Below are positions 20,701 through 28,153 of a DNA stretch of 28,153 nt, piece by piece. Position 1 is the first letter of the stretch, and the number at the start of each line of letters is the position of its first letter. This stretch comes from Chthoniobacteraceae bacterium (lineage in GTDB: Bacteria; Verrucomicrobiota; Verrucomicrobiia; Chthoniobacterales; Chthoniobacteraceae): positions 1 to 28,153 of the forward strand of contig JANNWY010000091.1 in NCBI GenBank assembly GCA_031409335.1, written 5' to 3'. Position numbers and translations under genes: made by a program. The notes under the pieces were generated by a model. It was not told the origin of the DNA, did no database searches, and saw only the letters and a list, made by a program, of their open reading frames with translations.

Positions 20701-21411
20701 TTACTTCCCGAGCGGCTGCGAGATATGGGCGTCTGCGGGCGGCGTAAAATCGAATGTGCTCGCGGGCAGCGACATCGGGCGCTGATTGCGATAGGTCGTC
20801 ACCATGCGATCGCCTTTCGGCAGCGTCGCCTCGGTTTTTTCGATCTTGAATTCGTCGTCCACCCAAACCGCGAGTTCCTTCAACATGCGCTTGAGCCCGC
20901 CCGATTTTGGCGTCAGCGCGAGGCGGTATCCGCTGGCTTCACGGAATGCGCGGAGGCGGTAAAAATCCGTGACGCGATCGAAATTCATCCCGGCAGTGAG
21001 CGCGGCAATCGAGTCGTCGAAGAACTGGCGCTGACCCATCGTGTAAAGTTCGGCCTCCTTGAAATTCGGGTAATAAATCCACAGCTTCTCGCCATTGCTC
21101 ACCGTCACGCTCGGGTTCGCGCCCTTCAGTTCGCGGCGGAATTTGTTCGGTTTTTGAAACGCGATCGTCCCGCTCCCGGTGAGCGGGCTTTTGAGCAGGT
21201 GCGTGGTTTTTTCCTCGGTAAAATCGGAGGTCAGCGCGGGAAATTTTGCGCGGTGCGCCTGGAGTTTTTCGATAAGGGCGGCGGATTCGGCGGGAGGGAG
21301 TTCGGCGGAAATGACCAATGACCAATGGCCAATGACCACTGCGCAAATCGCAAGCAGCGTCCTGAGTGAAATTCGGGGTTTGGTCATTGCGTCATTGGTC
21401 ATTTCCTTCAT
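20701..21411 (-). CDS. LolA-like outer-membrane lipoprotein/lipid carrier protein
   Basis: Motifs DFTEEK..HLL, GTIAFQKPNKFRRE, VSNGEKLWIYYP and FDFTPP; signal peptide. The start is ambiguous (21411, 21402 or 21387). Confidence 0.82.
   Translation of the reverse strand: MKEMTNDAMTKPRISLRTLLAICAVVIGHWSLVISAELPPAESAALIEKLQAHRAKFPALTSDFTEEKTTHLLKSPLTGSGTIAFQKPNKFRRELKGANPSVTVSNGEKLWIYYPNFKEAELYTMGQRQFFDDSIAALTAGMNFDRVTDFYRLRAFREASGYRLALTPKSGGLKRMLKELAVWVDDEFKIEKTEATLPKGDRMVTTYRNQRPMSLPASTFDFTPPADAHISQPLGK
21309..21404. repeat. Inverted heptamer arrays (AATGACC)x4 and (GGTCATT)x3 inside the LolA-like 5' coding region
   Basis: Units at 21310-21337 and 21382-21403 encode VIGHWSLVIS and MTNDAMTK. 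Confidence 0.8.
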
Positions 21412-22312
21412 TCCACCAGATGCGCACGTAGTTGTACCACTGCTCGGGATGTTTTCGGATGATGTCTTCAAAATGCGTGGCGAGGCGTTGCGTGTTTTTG
21501 ACGAACGCCGCGCGTTTGTCTTCATGCGATCTGAAATCGAGCGGCGCGTCGGCGAAGGAGATGTATCGACCGCCGCTTTCCTGCAAGACAAACGCGGGCA
21601 CCACCGCCGCGCCGGTGTGCTGCCAGAGTAGCGCGGGCGCGGTGGAAAATTCCAAATCGCGTTCGCAAAATTTCACCTTCGTCCCGGTGCCCGCGTACGG
21701 GCGATCGACGAGCATCGCGAGGATTTCATTGCGCTGGAGAACCTTCATCATTTCGACAAAAGCGAAGTCGTGACCGGGGCCGACGGTGATCGTTTTGATC
21801 CCGAGCCGCTGCCGCAATTCATCGCGCCAGCGCGTCAGTTCGGTGCTCGGTTCTTCGAGCGTGATGACGGTCATCGGCAGCCCGCGCAGCGCGAGCAAAG
21901 TCCCGCCGAGCTCCCAATTTCCGACGTGTCCCGTGACGAGGACGATCCCCTTTCCCGCTGCGCGCGCATTTTCAAAATGCTCAAATCCGCGCCACTCGCG
22001 CAGCAGTTCGTTGGCGAGCGATGGATCGCCGACGCCGCAGCGGAAATAGTCCGCAAGCATCCTGCTGAAATGCGCAATGTTGTCGGCGCAAAGCGCGTCG
22101 AGTGCGCCGCCGGATTTGCCGGTGATCACGCGGAGATTTTCGCGAATCGCGCTGCGTCCGGCGGGATTCTGCGCGGAGGCAGCGCGGCCAATCAGCGGCG
22201 CGAGTTTTTGCAACACGGGCCTTGGCAGAAGGCGCGCAAGGATTCCGGCGGCTTGGAAAGCGCGCAGTTGGTAAAGCGGCGGGCGGTCCGTCGTTCGCTG
22301 TTCGCTGTTCAA
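21392..22312 (-). CDS. Lysophospholipid / lipid A lauroyl-acyltransferase family (LpxL/HtrB-like)
   Basis: Motifs VLVTGHVGNWE (H-X4-E), LAMLVDR, APALL and IRKHPEQWYNY. The nearest in-frame start is TTG 22312, inside the repeat element. Confidence 0.85.
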   Translation of the reverse strand: MNSEQRTTDRPPLYQLRAFQAAGILARLLPRPVLQKLAPLIGRAASAQNPAGRSAIRENLRVITGKSGGALDALCADNIAHFSRMLADYFRCGVGDPSLANELLREWRGFEHFENARAAGKGIVLVTGHVGNWELGGTLLALRGLPMTVITLEEPSTELTRWRDELRQRLGIKTITVGPGHDFAFVEMMKVLQRNEILAMLVDRPYAGTGTKVKFCERDLEFSTAPALLWQHTGAAVVPAFVLQESGGRYISFADAPLDFRSHEDKRAAFVKNTQRLATHFEDIIRKHPEQWYNYVRIWWNEGNDQ

Positions 22313-22437
22313 TGTTCGATGTTCGATATTCGGCCCGCCGCAGGCGCCGCGATGGTCCGGGAGCGTGTCCAGAACTCCAACGCCGCTGCGCGGGGCTGAA
22401 CATCGAACATTGAACATCGAACATCGAACATCGAAGT
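22292..22437. repeat. 146-bp hairpin element, copy B (inverted relative to copy A)
   Basis: Arrays at 22292-22333 and 22396-22437; the 62-bp core aligns to copy A without gaps. Confidence 0.9.
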
Positions 22438-24926
22438 CACGGATGGCGTGCAGCGCGCCAGAGGCAGGCGGGCAGGATGAAGAGGAAGGTGGAAACGAGA
22501 CACCACGCGACGCCGAGCGCGCAGACGATGCCGAGACCTTGCAGCGCGGGATTTCGCGCGAGCGCGAGCGACGCGAAACCGGCGACCGTCGTGAGTCCAC
22601 TGAGCAGCACGGGCTTCACGACTGCACCGAGCGAGCGGCGCAAATCGGTGCCGCCGCGCATCGCGCCGACGATGTAGATGCCATAATCTACGCCGATGCC
22701 GAGCACGAGCGGGAAGGCGAGGATATTGAAAAGATTGAGCGCAACGCCGAGCACTTTGAGCGACGCGAGCATCGCGCCAAATGCGAGGGCGAGGCCGGCC
22801 ATCAGGATCGCGAGCGGGAAGGCACGACGGAAAAGGATGCTGAGCAGGACGACGTTGAACGCGATCATGATCGCGCTCAGCTCGACCATTTTTCCCTTCG
22901 CCCACTGGATGAGATCCTGAAGCGTGTAAGTCCAGCCGGAGAGATGATAGGGCACGCCGGCGGTGCCCTGCGCGAGCTGTTCGCGGAGCTTTTCCTTTTG
23001 CGCAAACGTCGAGATTTTTTCGGTGGGGCGGACGTAGCCCGCGGTGATGTTCGGGTCCGCGCCGAAGAATTGATCGACGAGAAACCACCAGCTCGAACTC
23101 GCGGGAATTCGCGCGCGCCAGTCGAGCGGCGCGCGGTCGCCGGCGGCGATGGCGTCGAGCGATGCGAGCAGTTTTTCCGCGCCGGGCATCGGCTGCGCGC
23201 CGGTCTCCGCGAGGATCGTCGCGAGGGCTTCGTTCGCTGCTTTGAAATCCACGGTTTTGGCAAGCAGCGCGACGTTTGCATCGACGTTCGCGGGCGACAG
23301 CACGAGCGAGCCGGCCATCATCGAGGCGCTCTTGATTTGGCCCTGCTCGATGAGCTTCATCCACGCCGTCTGAAGCTGCGTCCAGTCGTCGTGCGTCTTC
23401 TGCGCGCTCTGCGTTTCCAGCATCACGAGCAACTGCTCGCCGAAGCCCGGAAATTTTTCGGTGATGAGCCGCAGCGCATTGCCAGCGGCGCTTCCCGGCG
23501 GTTCGAGCGTGCGCGGGTTGGCATCGAAACGCAGCGCCAAAAGCGGCGAGGCGGCGAAGGCGGTGATGCCGAGGAGCGCGAGGCCGGACGTGATCCAGAC
23601 GCGCCGCGGTGCCACGAAAATCCAGCCGAGAAAACGCTCGCTCCCCGCGCGGAGCGGATCGCTTTTCCTCGGACGAAAACGATCGCTCATGAAGACGAAG
23701 AAAAGCGTCATCATCAGCCCGGCCGCGACGAGGATGCCGAAACAAATCAGCACGCCGAGTTGCGCGAAGCCGGGGCAGCCGCTGAAGACGTGGCTGAAAA
23801 AGCCCGCGGCGCTCGTGAGGGCGCCGAAGATGACGCTGCGGCCCTGACTGCGCAGCGCGGTGGCGATGGCGGCTTCGTGCGACTGGCCCTCACCGCGTTC
23901 GATTTCATAGATCGAATACAGCATCATCCCGAAGTCCACGCCGAGCCCGATGAGGATCGCGCACAGGCCGATCGTGATCATGTTCAGCTCGTGGAAAACG
24001 ACGGCACCAAGCCCGACGGCGATCACGCAACTGACCAGCAGCACATGCAAAATGGCGACGAGCGGGCCGACGCGCCGGAAGCCAAACCAAAACACGGCGG
24101 CAACGAGCAGCGCGGACGTGAGCAGCGTCATGAGAATGTCCGAGCGCATGATGACGGAAAGCTCGCCGACGTAGGCCGTGCGGCCCGTCACGAGCACTTC
24201 CGGTTTTGCGCCATCCCATCCGGCGAGCACGCGCTGGCGGAAGTCGTCCACCTTTTTCATCATGTCCTGCGAAGCGTGCGCGCCGAGGTCCGCCTGATTG
24301 GTGATCGCGAGGACGAGATGCACGGTGTTATCCGGCGACGTGAGCGAAAAAGTGTCCTCGACGCCGGACGCGCCGAGCTGGCGAAACGCGGGCGTGAGCA
24401 CGCCGAGCGGATCGATCGTGAGATCGAAATGCTCATCGCGCATCGAGCCGGCTTTGAAGCGCGCCATGGATTTCGCGATGCGCTCGCGAATGGCCTCGGG
24501 CTTGAGCGCGGCGGCGACCTTCGCGAATTCGGCGGGCGGACGATTCAGCAGCAGCGGCAGCATGAGCGCCTGCGATTCGAGCATCGCGCGGTCGTCGCCC
24601 ATCGGGAGCTGATCCATCGCGCGGACGACCCACGGCTCCTTGCGCAGCTCCTCGCCAAAGTGACGCGTGAAGTCCTCGAGATCGACCTCGCCCGTTTCAT
24701 CGTGCAACGCGAAGGTCAGCGAGCGGCCCTGCGCGAATTCGCGATTGGAGATTTTCCAGACGCGCACGGAATCGAAGTGCGCGGGGAAGAGATCGAGCAC
24801 GTCGGAGTTGAACTTCACGCCAAAGACGATCACGAGCGCCGCGGTGATGGTGATGAGTGCCGTGAGGAGCACGACGAGCCGGCGGCGATGCGTGACGAAA
24901 TGGGCGACCGTGCGATCGAGGCTCAT
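22437..24926 (-). CDS. MMPL/RND family lipid transporter
   Basis: 829 aa with two TM repeats, carrying ILIGLGVDFG and LVLGIGVDYG, plus SGLTTVAGF.SL. Confidence 0.9.
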   Translation of the reverse strand: MSLDRTVAHFVTHRRRLVVLLTALITITAALVIVFGVKFNSDVLDLFPAHFDSVRVWKISNREFAQGRSLTFALHDETGEVDLEDFTRHFGEELRKEPWVVRAMDQLPMGDDRAMLESQALMLPLLLNRPPAEFAKVAAALKPEAIRERIAKSMARFKAGSMRDEHFDLTIDPLGVLTPAFRQLGASGVEDTFSLTSPDNTVHLVLAITNQADLGAHASQDMMKKVDDFRQRVLAGWDGAKPEVLVTGRTAYVGELSVIMRSDILMTLLTSALLVAAVFWFGFRRVGPLVAILHVLLVSCVIAVGLGAVVFHELNMITIGLCAILIGLGVDFGMMLYSIYEIERGEGQSHEAAIATALRSQGRSVIFGALTSAAGFFSHVFSGCPGFAQLGVLICFGILVAAGLMMTLFFVFMSDRFRPRKSDPLRAGSERFLGWIFVAPRRVWITSGLALLGITAFAASPLLALRFDANPRTLEPPGSAAGNALRLITEKFPGFGEQLLVMLETQSAQKTHDDWTQLQTAWMKLIEQGQIKSASMMAGSLVLSPANVDANVALLAKTVDFKAANEALATILAETGAQPMPGAEKLLASLDAIAAGDRAPLDWRARIPASSSWWFLVDQFFGADPNITAGYVRPTEKISTFAQKEKLREQLAQGTAGVPYHLSGWTYTLQDLIQWAKGKMVELSAIMIAFNVVLLSILFRRAFPLAILMAGLALAFGAMLASLKVLGVALNLFNILAFPLVLGIGVDYGIYIVGAMRGGTDLRRSLGAVVKPVLLSGLTTVAGFASLALARNPALQGLGIVCALGVAWCLVSTFLFILPACLWRAARHP

Positions 24927-24944
24927 GCTTTCGCTGCGAGAGCC

Positions 24945-25373
24945 TCAGCGGCTAAAGATGAAAGCGAACCGGTCGTCCGAATCGCGGGGCGTGACGGTGA
25001 AGCGGGCGGGCTGTGTTTTCGCAAATGCCTCGCGCAATCCCACCCACCCGCGAATTGGCTTCGGCGCACGATCCGGCGCGCCCTGCCAAGAGCCGCGCGC
25101 GAGAATCCCCTCGGCCCGCGCCGTCGTGGAATCCATGCGCAGCTTCAGCAGCGGTAGCCCGCCACCTTTTTGAAACTCGATCTGAAAATCCGCCGCGCCG
25201 CGCTGGCTGACGACGACTTCACCCACGAGCACGCGCTCACCGCTCGTGTATTTGAGCTGGCCGGCGCGTGTTTTCCACGAGGCATCCGGCGTGGTGAATT
25301 CGTGCGGTGTCTGGCACCCGGCGCAGACTAAAAGCGAGGCGATTGGAAAATATTTGAGCGCCGTTCTACTCAC
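24945..25373 (-). CDS. Hypothetical lipoprotein
   Basis: GTG start preceded by GGAGGGG; signal peptide ending in the lipobox-like LLVCAG-C. Confidence 0.7.
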   Translation of the reverse strand: MSRTALKYFPIASLLVCAGCQTPHEFTTPDASWKTRAGQLKYTSGERVLVGEVVVSQRGAADFQIEFQKGGGLPLLKLRMDSTTARAEGILARGSWQGAPDRAPKPIRGWVGLREAFAKTQPARFTVTPRDSDDRFAFIFSR

Positions 25374-25692
25374 TCGCCCCTCCGTCCTTCGTCGTGTTCT
25401 CGTCGGCAAAACCGGGATACTCCGAGATGACCAAGCTCATGCCGAGATCTCCCATGCGCCGCATCGTAACCGGCTCGAGAACCGGACCGCCAGCACGTGC
25501 GCTGCGACGCCAGCAAAATCCAACGTTTGCGACGTATTCCGCAACCGGCAGTTTCGCGCTTGCCCGTTCCAACCACTCCGCGAGCGCCTCGATCTGAGGT
25601 GACAAAATCCACTCGCCATCGCAAAGCCACGCGAGACGTTCGTTTTTCTGACCTTCTGGTGTGACGCGGTAAATGTTCACCGGCATAAGCAT
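25366..25692 (-). CDS. Hypothetical protein
   Basis: About 108 aa; fills the gap between the halogenase-like gene and the lipoprotein and overlaps the latter's start. Confidence 0.6.
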   Translation of the reverse strand: MLMPVNIYRVTPEGQKNERLAWLCDGEWILSPQIEALAEWLERASAKLPVAEYVANVGFCWRRSARAGGPVLEPVTMRRMGDLGMSLVISEYPGFADENTTKDGGASE

Positions 25693-25716
25693 GACTCGCC
25701 TAACACTTGCATTCAA

Positions 25717-27000
25717 TCACGCGGCGCGCAGCAGCTCCGGTTTTGCCATCGGCGCGTGATCGGTCGCTTTCGGGCAGAGCGGCAGGCGGCGCTGGAGAAA
25801 GAGGACAAGGTAAAAGACCTGCATCCGCCACCAGATCGCGAAGCTCCCGCCGACATTCCCCGCAAGCACCGCATTCACCGCCGGGGCGAGTTGCAGCTTG
25901 TCGGTCGGGTTCATGAACACGTCGATGAATTCATCGCGATACCACGCGGTGACGAAGCGCAGATACATGTCCATCAGACGATTCATCTTCCGCTCGTAGC
26001 GCGCGAAAAGGCCGGGCTGTTTTGCGGGGTTCGCCAGCACGGTTTCGAGGATGTCGGCGCACTGCTCGCCGCTGTGGATGGCGATGAAAACGCCCGTGCT
26101 GAAAATCGGGTCGATGAAGCCGGCGGCGTCGCCTGCAAGCATCCAGCGGTCGCCGGTGAGACGCGTATTCCGATACGAATAATCGCCCGCCGAACGCACG
26201 GGCGAGACGATCACCGCGGCGCGCATCCGCTCGCGCATGAGCGCGGAATCTTCGATGGCCCACGCGAGCGTTTCCTCCGGCGTTTTGCGCATTGCTTTGA
26301 AATCGGCGGAGTCCATCACCACACCAATGCTGGTGCGCGTTTCGTCGAGCGGGATGAGCCAGAACCAATGATCCCGCGCGCGGACCAGTCGCGTGAGCGT
26401 GCCCTCGCGGCCCTCATCGCGCTGCACGTTTTCGTAGTGGGCGAAGACGGAGAATTTTTGCAGATGCGCGTAGCGTGCCTTGAGATCGAATTTCTGCCCG
26501 ACGACCGCATTCCGGCCGCTGCAATCGAGCAAATAACGCGCACGCACTTTCCGCGTCTCGACCGCATCGCGGACATCGAGCGCCACACCGTCCACATCAA
26601 AATCGAGTTGCTCGACGGACGTTTCCTCACACACCGTCGCGCCCGCTTTCGCCGCATGATCGAGCAGCATTTTGTCAAAGTCCGCGCGCTCGACTTGATA
26701 CGCACTCTGCACTTTCGAGCGGAACCCCTTTTCAAACAGAAACGACAGCGCCCGCGCGCCGCAAGCCGTGGCAATTTCACCACCGAATTTCGGCATATAG
26801 CGCGCATTCATGGTCTCGCGCACCCCGAGTCGGTCAAAGGCGCGCAGGCTGTGCGGGAGGAGCGATTCGCCGATGTGAAAGCGGGGAAACTTTTCCTTTT
26901 CAAAGACAACGACGCGACGGCCTTTCATGGCGAGCAGCGCCGCGGCAGTGCTGCCCGCGGGGCCGCCTCCGATGATGGCTACGTCGTAGGATTCTGTCAT
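25717..27000 (-). CDS. FAD-dependent oxidoreductase, flavin-dependent halogenase-like
   Basis: Motifs GGGPAG, FPRFHIGESL, MPKFGG (candidate catalytic Lys), WFWLIP (WxWxIP) and GDAAGFIDPIFSTGV. Confidence 0.85.
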   Translation of the reverse strand: MTESYDVAIIGGGPAGSTAAALLAMKGRRVVVFEKEKFPRFHIGESLLPHSLRAFDRLGVRETMNARYMPKFGGEIATACGARALSFLFEKGFRSKVQSAYQVERADFDKMLLDHAAKAGATVCEETSVEQLDFDVDGVALDVRDAVETRKVRARYLLDCSGRNAVVGQKFDLKARYAHLQKFSVFAHYENVQRDEGREGTLTRLVRARDHWFWLIPLDETRTSIGVVMDSADFKAMRKTPEETLAWAIEDSALMRERMRAAVIVSPVRSAGDYSYRNTRLTGDRWMLAGDAAGFIDPIFSTGVFIAIHSGEQCADILETVLANPAKQPGLFARYERKMNRLMDMYLRFVTAWYRDEFIDVFMNPTDKLQLAPAVNAVLAGNVGGSFAIWWRMQVFYLVLFLQRRLPLCPKATDHAPMAKPELLRAA

Positions 27001-27054
27001 GAGTGCGGGACGGTAACGGCACTTTGGAAAAAGGGAAGCGCGCCGCTGGTATGC

Positions 27055-27090
27055 AAAAAAAGCCGCTCCCTCGCGGGGGCGGCTTTTTTT
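27055..27090. terminator. Intrinsic terminator downstream of rpsR
   Basis: A7-GCCGCTCCC-tcgc-GGGGGCGGC-T7, a symmetric hairpin. Confidence 0.85.
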
Positions 27091-27106
27091 CGGAAGCGGA
27101 AACGGA

Positions 27107-27346
27107 CTACGCCATCATGAGAACCTGCCGGGAGCGCTTGATCTCGCGGGTGATTTTCCGATGAAAGTGGGCGGGCATTCCCGTCAGGCGCCGCGCGAGA
27201 ATCTTCCCGCTCTCGGTAATGAACCGCTTGAGGATGTCGGGATTTTTGTAGTCGATCGCTTCGAGCGCGATGTCGATGCGCCGGCGCGGCATCGTGCGAT
27301 TGGCCCGGCGGAAATTGGAGCGGCGTTGTGGAGTTTTGGGCTGCAT
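27107..27346 (-). CDS. rpsR: 30S ribosomal protein S18 (Cys-free form)
   Basis: [26 protein letters not shown]...IKRSR. Confidence 0.93.
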   Translation of the reverse strand: MQPKTPQRRSNFRRANRTMPRRRIDIALEAIDYKNPDILKRFITESGKILARRLTGMPAHFHRKITREIKRSRQVLMMA

Positions 27347-27364
27347 GATGAAAAAAGGCGTGGG

Positions 27365-27538
27365 TTACTTGGTTTCCCGATGGAGCGTGTGGCGCTTGAG
27401 GTTCGGGTTGTATTTTTTCTTTTCGAGCCGGTTCGGTGTGTTCGGGCTCTTCTTGTTGCGCGTCGAGATGTAGCGCGAGACGGGCACCCCGGCGGCTTTC
27501 GCCTCGGTGCATTCGAGAATGATGAATTCGCGGGCCAT
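27365..27538 (-). CDS. rpmG: 50S ribosomal protein L33 (57 aa; absent from the ORF track)
   Basis: Manual translation [57 protein letters not shown]. Confidence 0.93.
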   Translation of the reverse strand: MAREFIILECTEAKAAGVPVSRYISTRNKKSPNTPNRLEKKKYNPNLKRHTLHRETK

Positions 27539-27550
27539 AAAATGATGTGG

Positions 27551-28153
27551 TTATTCCTTGTTGTCGGCGACCGGTTCTTCTTCCTCTGCTTCACCGGGCT
27601 CATCGTCGGTCAGTCCGAAGAGCGAGGTCACTGGTTTTCTGATGTTAAAATGTTTGTTCTGCTTCTCGAGTTGCGACTGGCACTCGACGGTGTAGCGGGC
27701 AAACGGGATCGCTTCCAAACGGGCATGCGCGATCGCTTTGTTGGTCATCTCGCACATTCCATAAGTGCCAAGGTTGATCCGTCCCAGCGCCTGCTCGATT
27801 TCGTAAAGTGCGTCCTGCTCCTGCGAGAGAAGACTCAACGCAAAATCGCGATCGTATGCATCGCTGCCGGCATCTGCCTGGTGCATCCCGAACGCGCTCG
27901 CCTCACTTCCTTCCGCGCGTGAGCGCAGCGTGTCTTTCGCCACGCCCATCATCGAATCCACCATGGAATCGCGCAGTTGGATCAGGCGCTCCTTCTGTTT
28001 TTCGAGGAACGGCGTGAGCTTAATCTTCGACTCGGGTGGCCGCACCATGTTCGTGACGGCGCCGGGCCGGAACGTGACACGGACCGCGTCCGGTTTGCTG
28101 CCATTCGGTTTGCCGCCTTTGAGCACGATTTTCCCCTTCGCTGCTTGCGTGGC
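27551..28153 (-). CDS. dksA: TraR/DksA family transcription factor, 5'-partial
   Basis: Coiled coil with MHQADAGSD, then EIEQALGRI..GTYGMCEMT..I...RLEAIPFARYTVECQ. The frame is open to the window end. Confidence 0.85.
   Translation of the reverse strand, partial: ATQAAKGKIVLKGGKPNGSKPDAVRVTFRPGAVTNMVRPPESKIKLTPFLEKQKERLIQLRDSMVDSMMGVAKDTLRSRAEGSEASAFGMHQADAGSDAYDRDFALSLLSQEQDALYEIEQALGRINLGTYGMCEMTNKAIAHARLEAIPFARYTVECQSQLEKQNKHFNIRKPVTSLFGLTDDEPGEAEEEEPVADNKE

Noticed and set aside
18294..22437. Heptamer arrays as a CRISPR array
   Set aside because: The units are 7-bp tandem repeats in inverted arms, with no repeat-spacer periodicity and no cas genes.
22313..22600. N-terminal extension of the acyltransferase as given in the ORF track
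   Set aside because: It overlaps the MMPL 3' end and reads through the repeat element (FDVRCSMFNVRCS), so it is probably not real protein.
22365..25157. 930-aa plus-strand ORF, and similar long ORFs at 13620-14867, 17102-18415, 18937-20631, 25756-27120 and 5073-6221
   Set aside because: Antisense shadows of well-supported genes in high-GC DNA; Arg/Ala-rich with no recognisable motifs.

Overview
A high-GC bacterial chromosomal segment, most likely Verrucomicrobiota (Chthoniobacterales-like). It encodes the PVC-superphylum small basic signature protein, which the ORF track missed. From left to right: (1) a compositionally distinct surface-glycan fragment (GT-like ORF, FkbM methyltransferase) abutting a decayed hisS copy; (2) two PIN-toxin/antitoxin pairs, one frameshifted; (3) recF, a DedA protein and a DUF5009-type acyltransferase; (4) a 251-bp MITE with a 9-bp target duplication; (5) panB, a PmoA-like/DUF6807 protein and a Tat-exported Gfo/Idh/MocA oxidoreductase; (6) aqpZ, katG, oxyR with an OxyR-type box, and glnB; (7) a long minus-strand array of dksA-like, rpmG, rpsR, a flavin-dependent halogenase-like enzyme, a lipoprotein, an MMPL exporter, an acyltransferase, a LolA-like carrier, a membrane-anchored degenerate NB-ARC/TPR protein and an ABC permease. 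The main novelties are two equal-length (146 bp) hairpin elements built from 6+6 inverted heptamer arrays, a second heptamer family embedded in a signal-peptide coding region, a halogenase/MMPL/LolA/acyltransferase module with no synthase in the window, a MITE that carries REP-like hairpins, and a Cys-poor dksA-rpmG-rpsR cluster. No rRNA, tRNA or CRISPR array was seen. All family calls come from motif recognition by eye; no searches were run.
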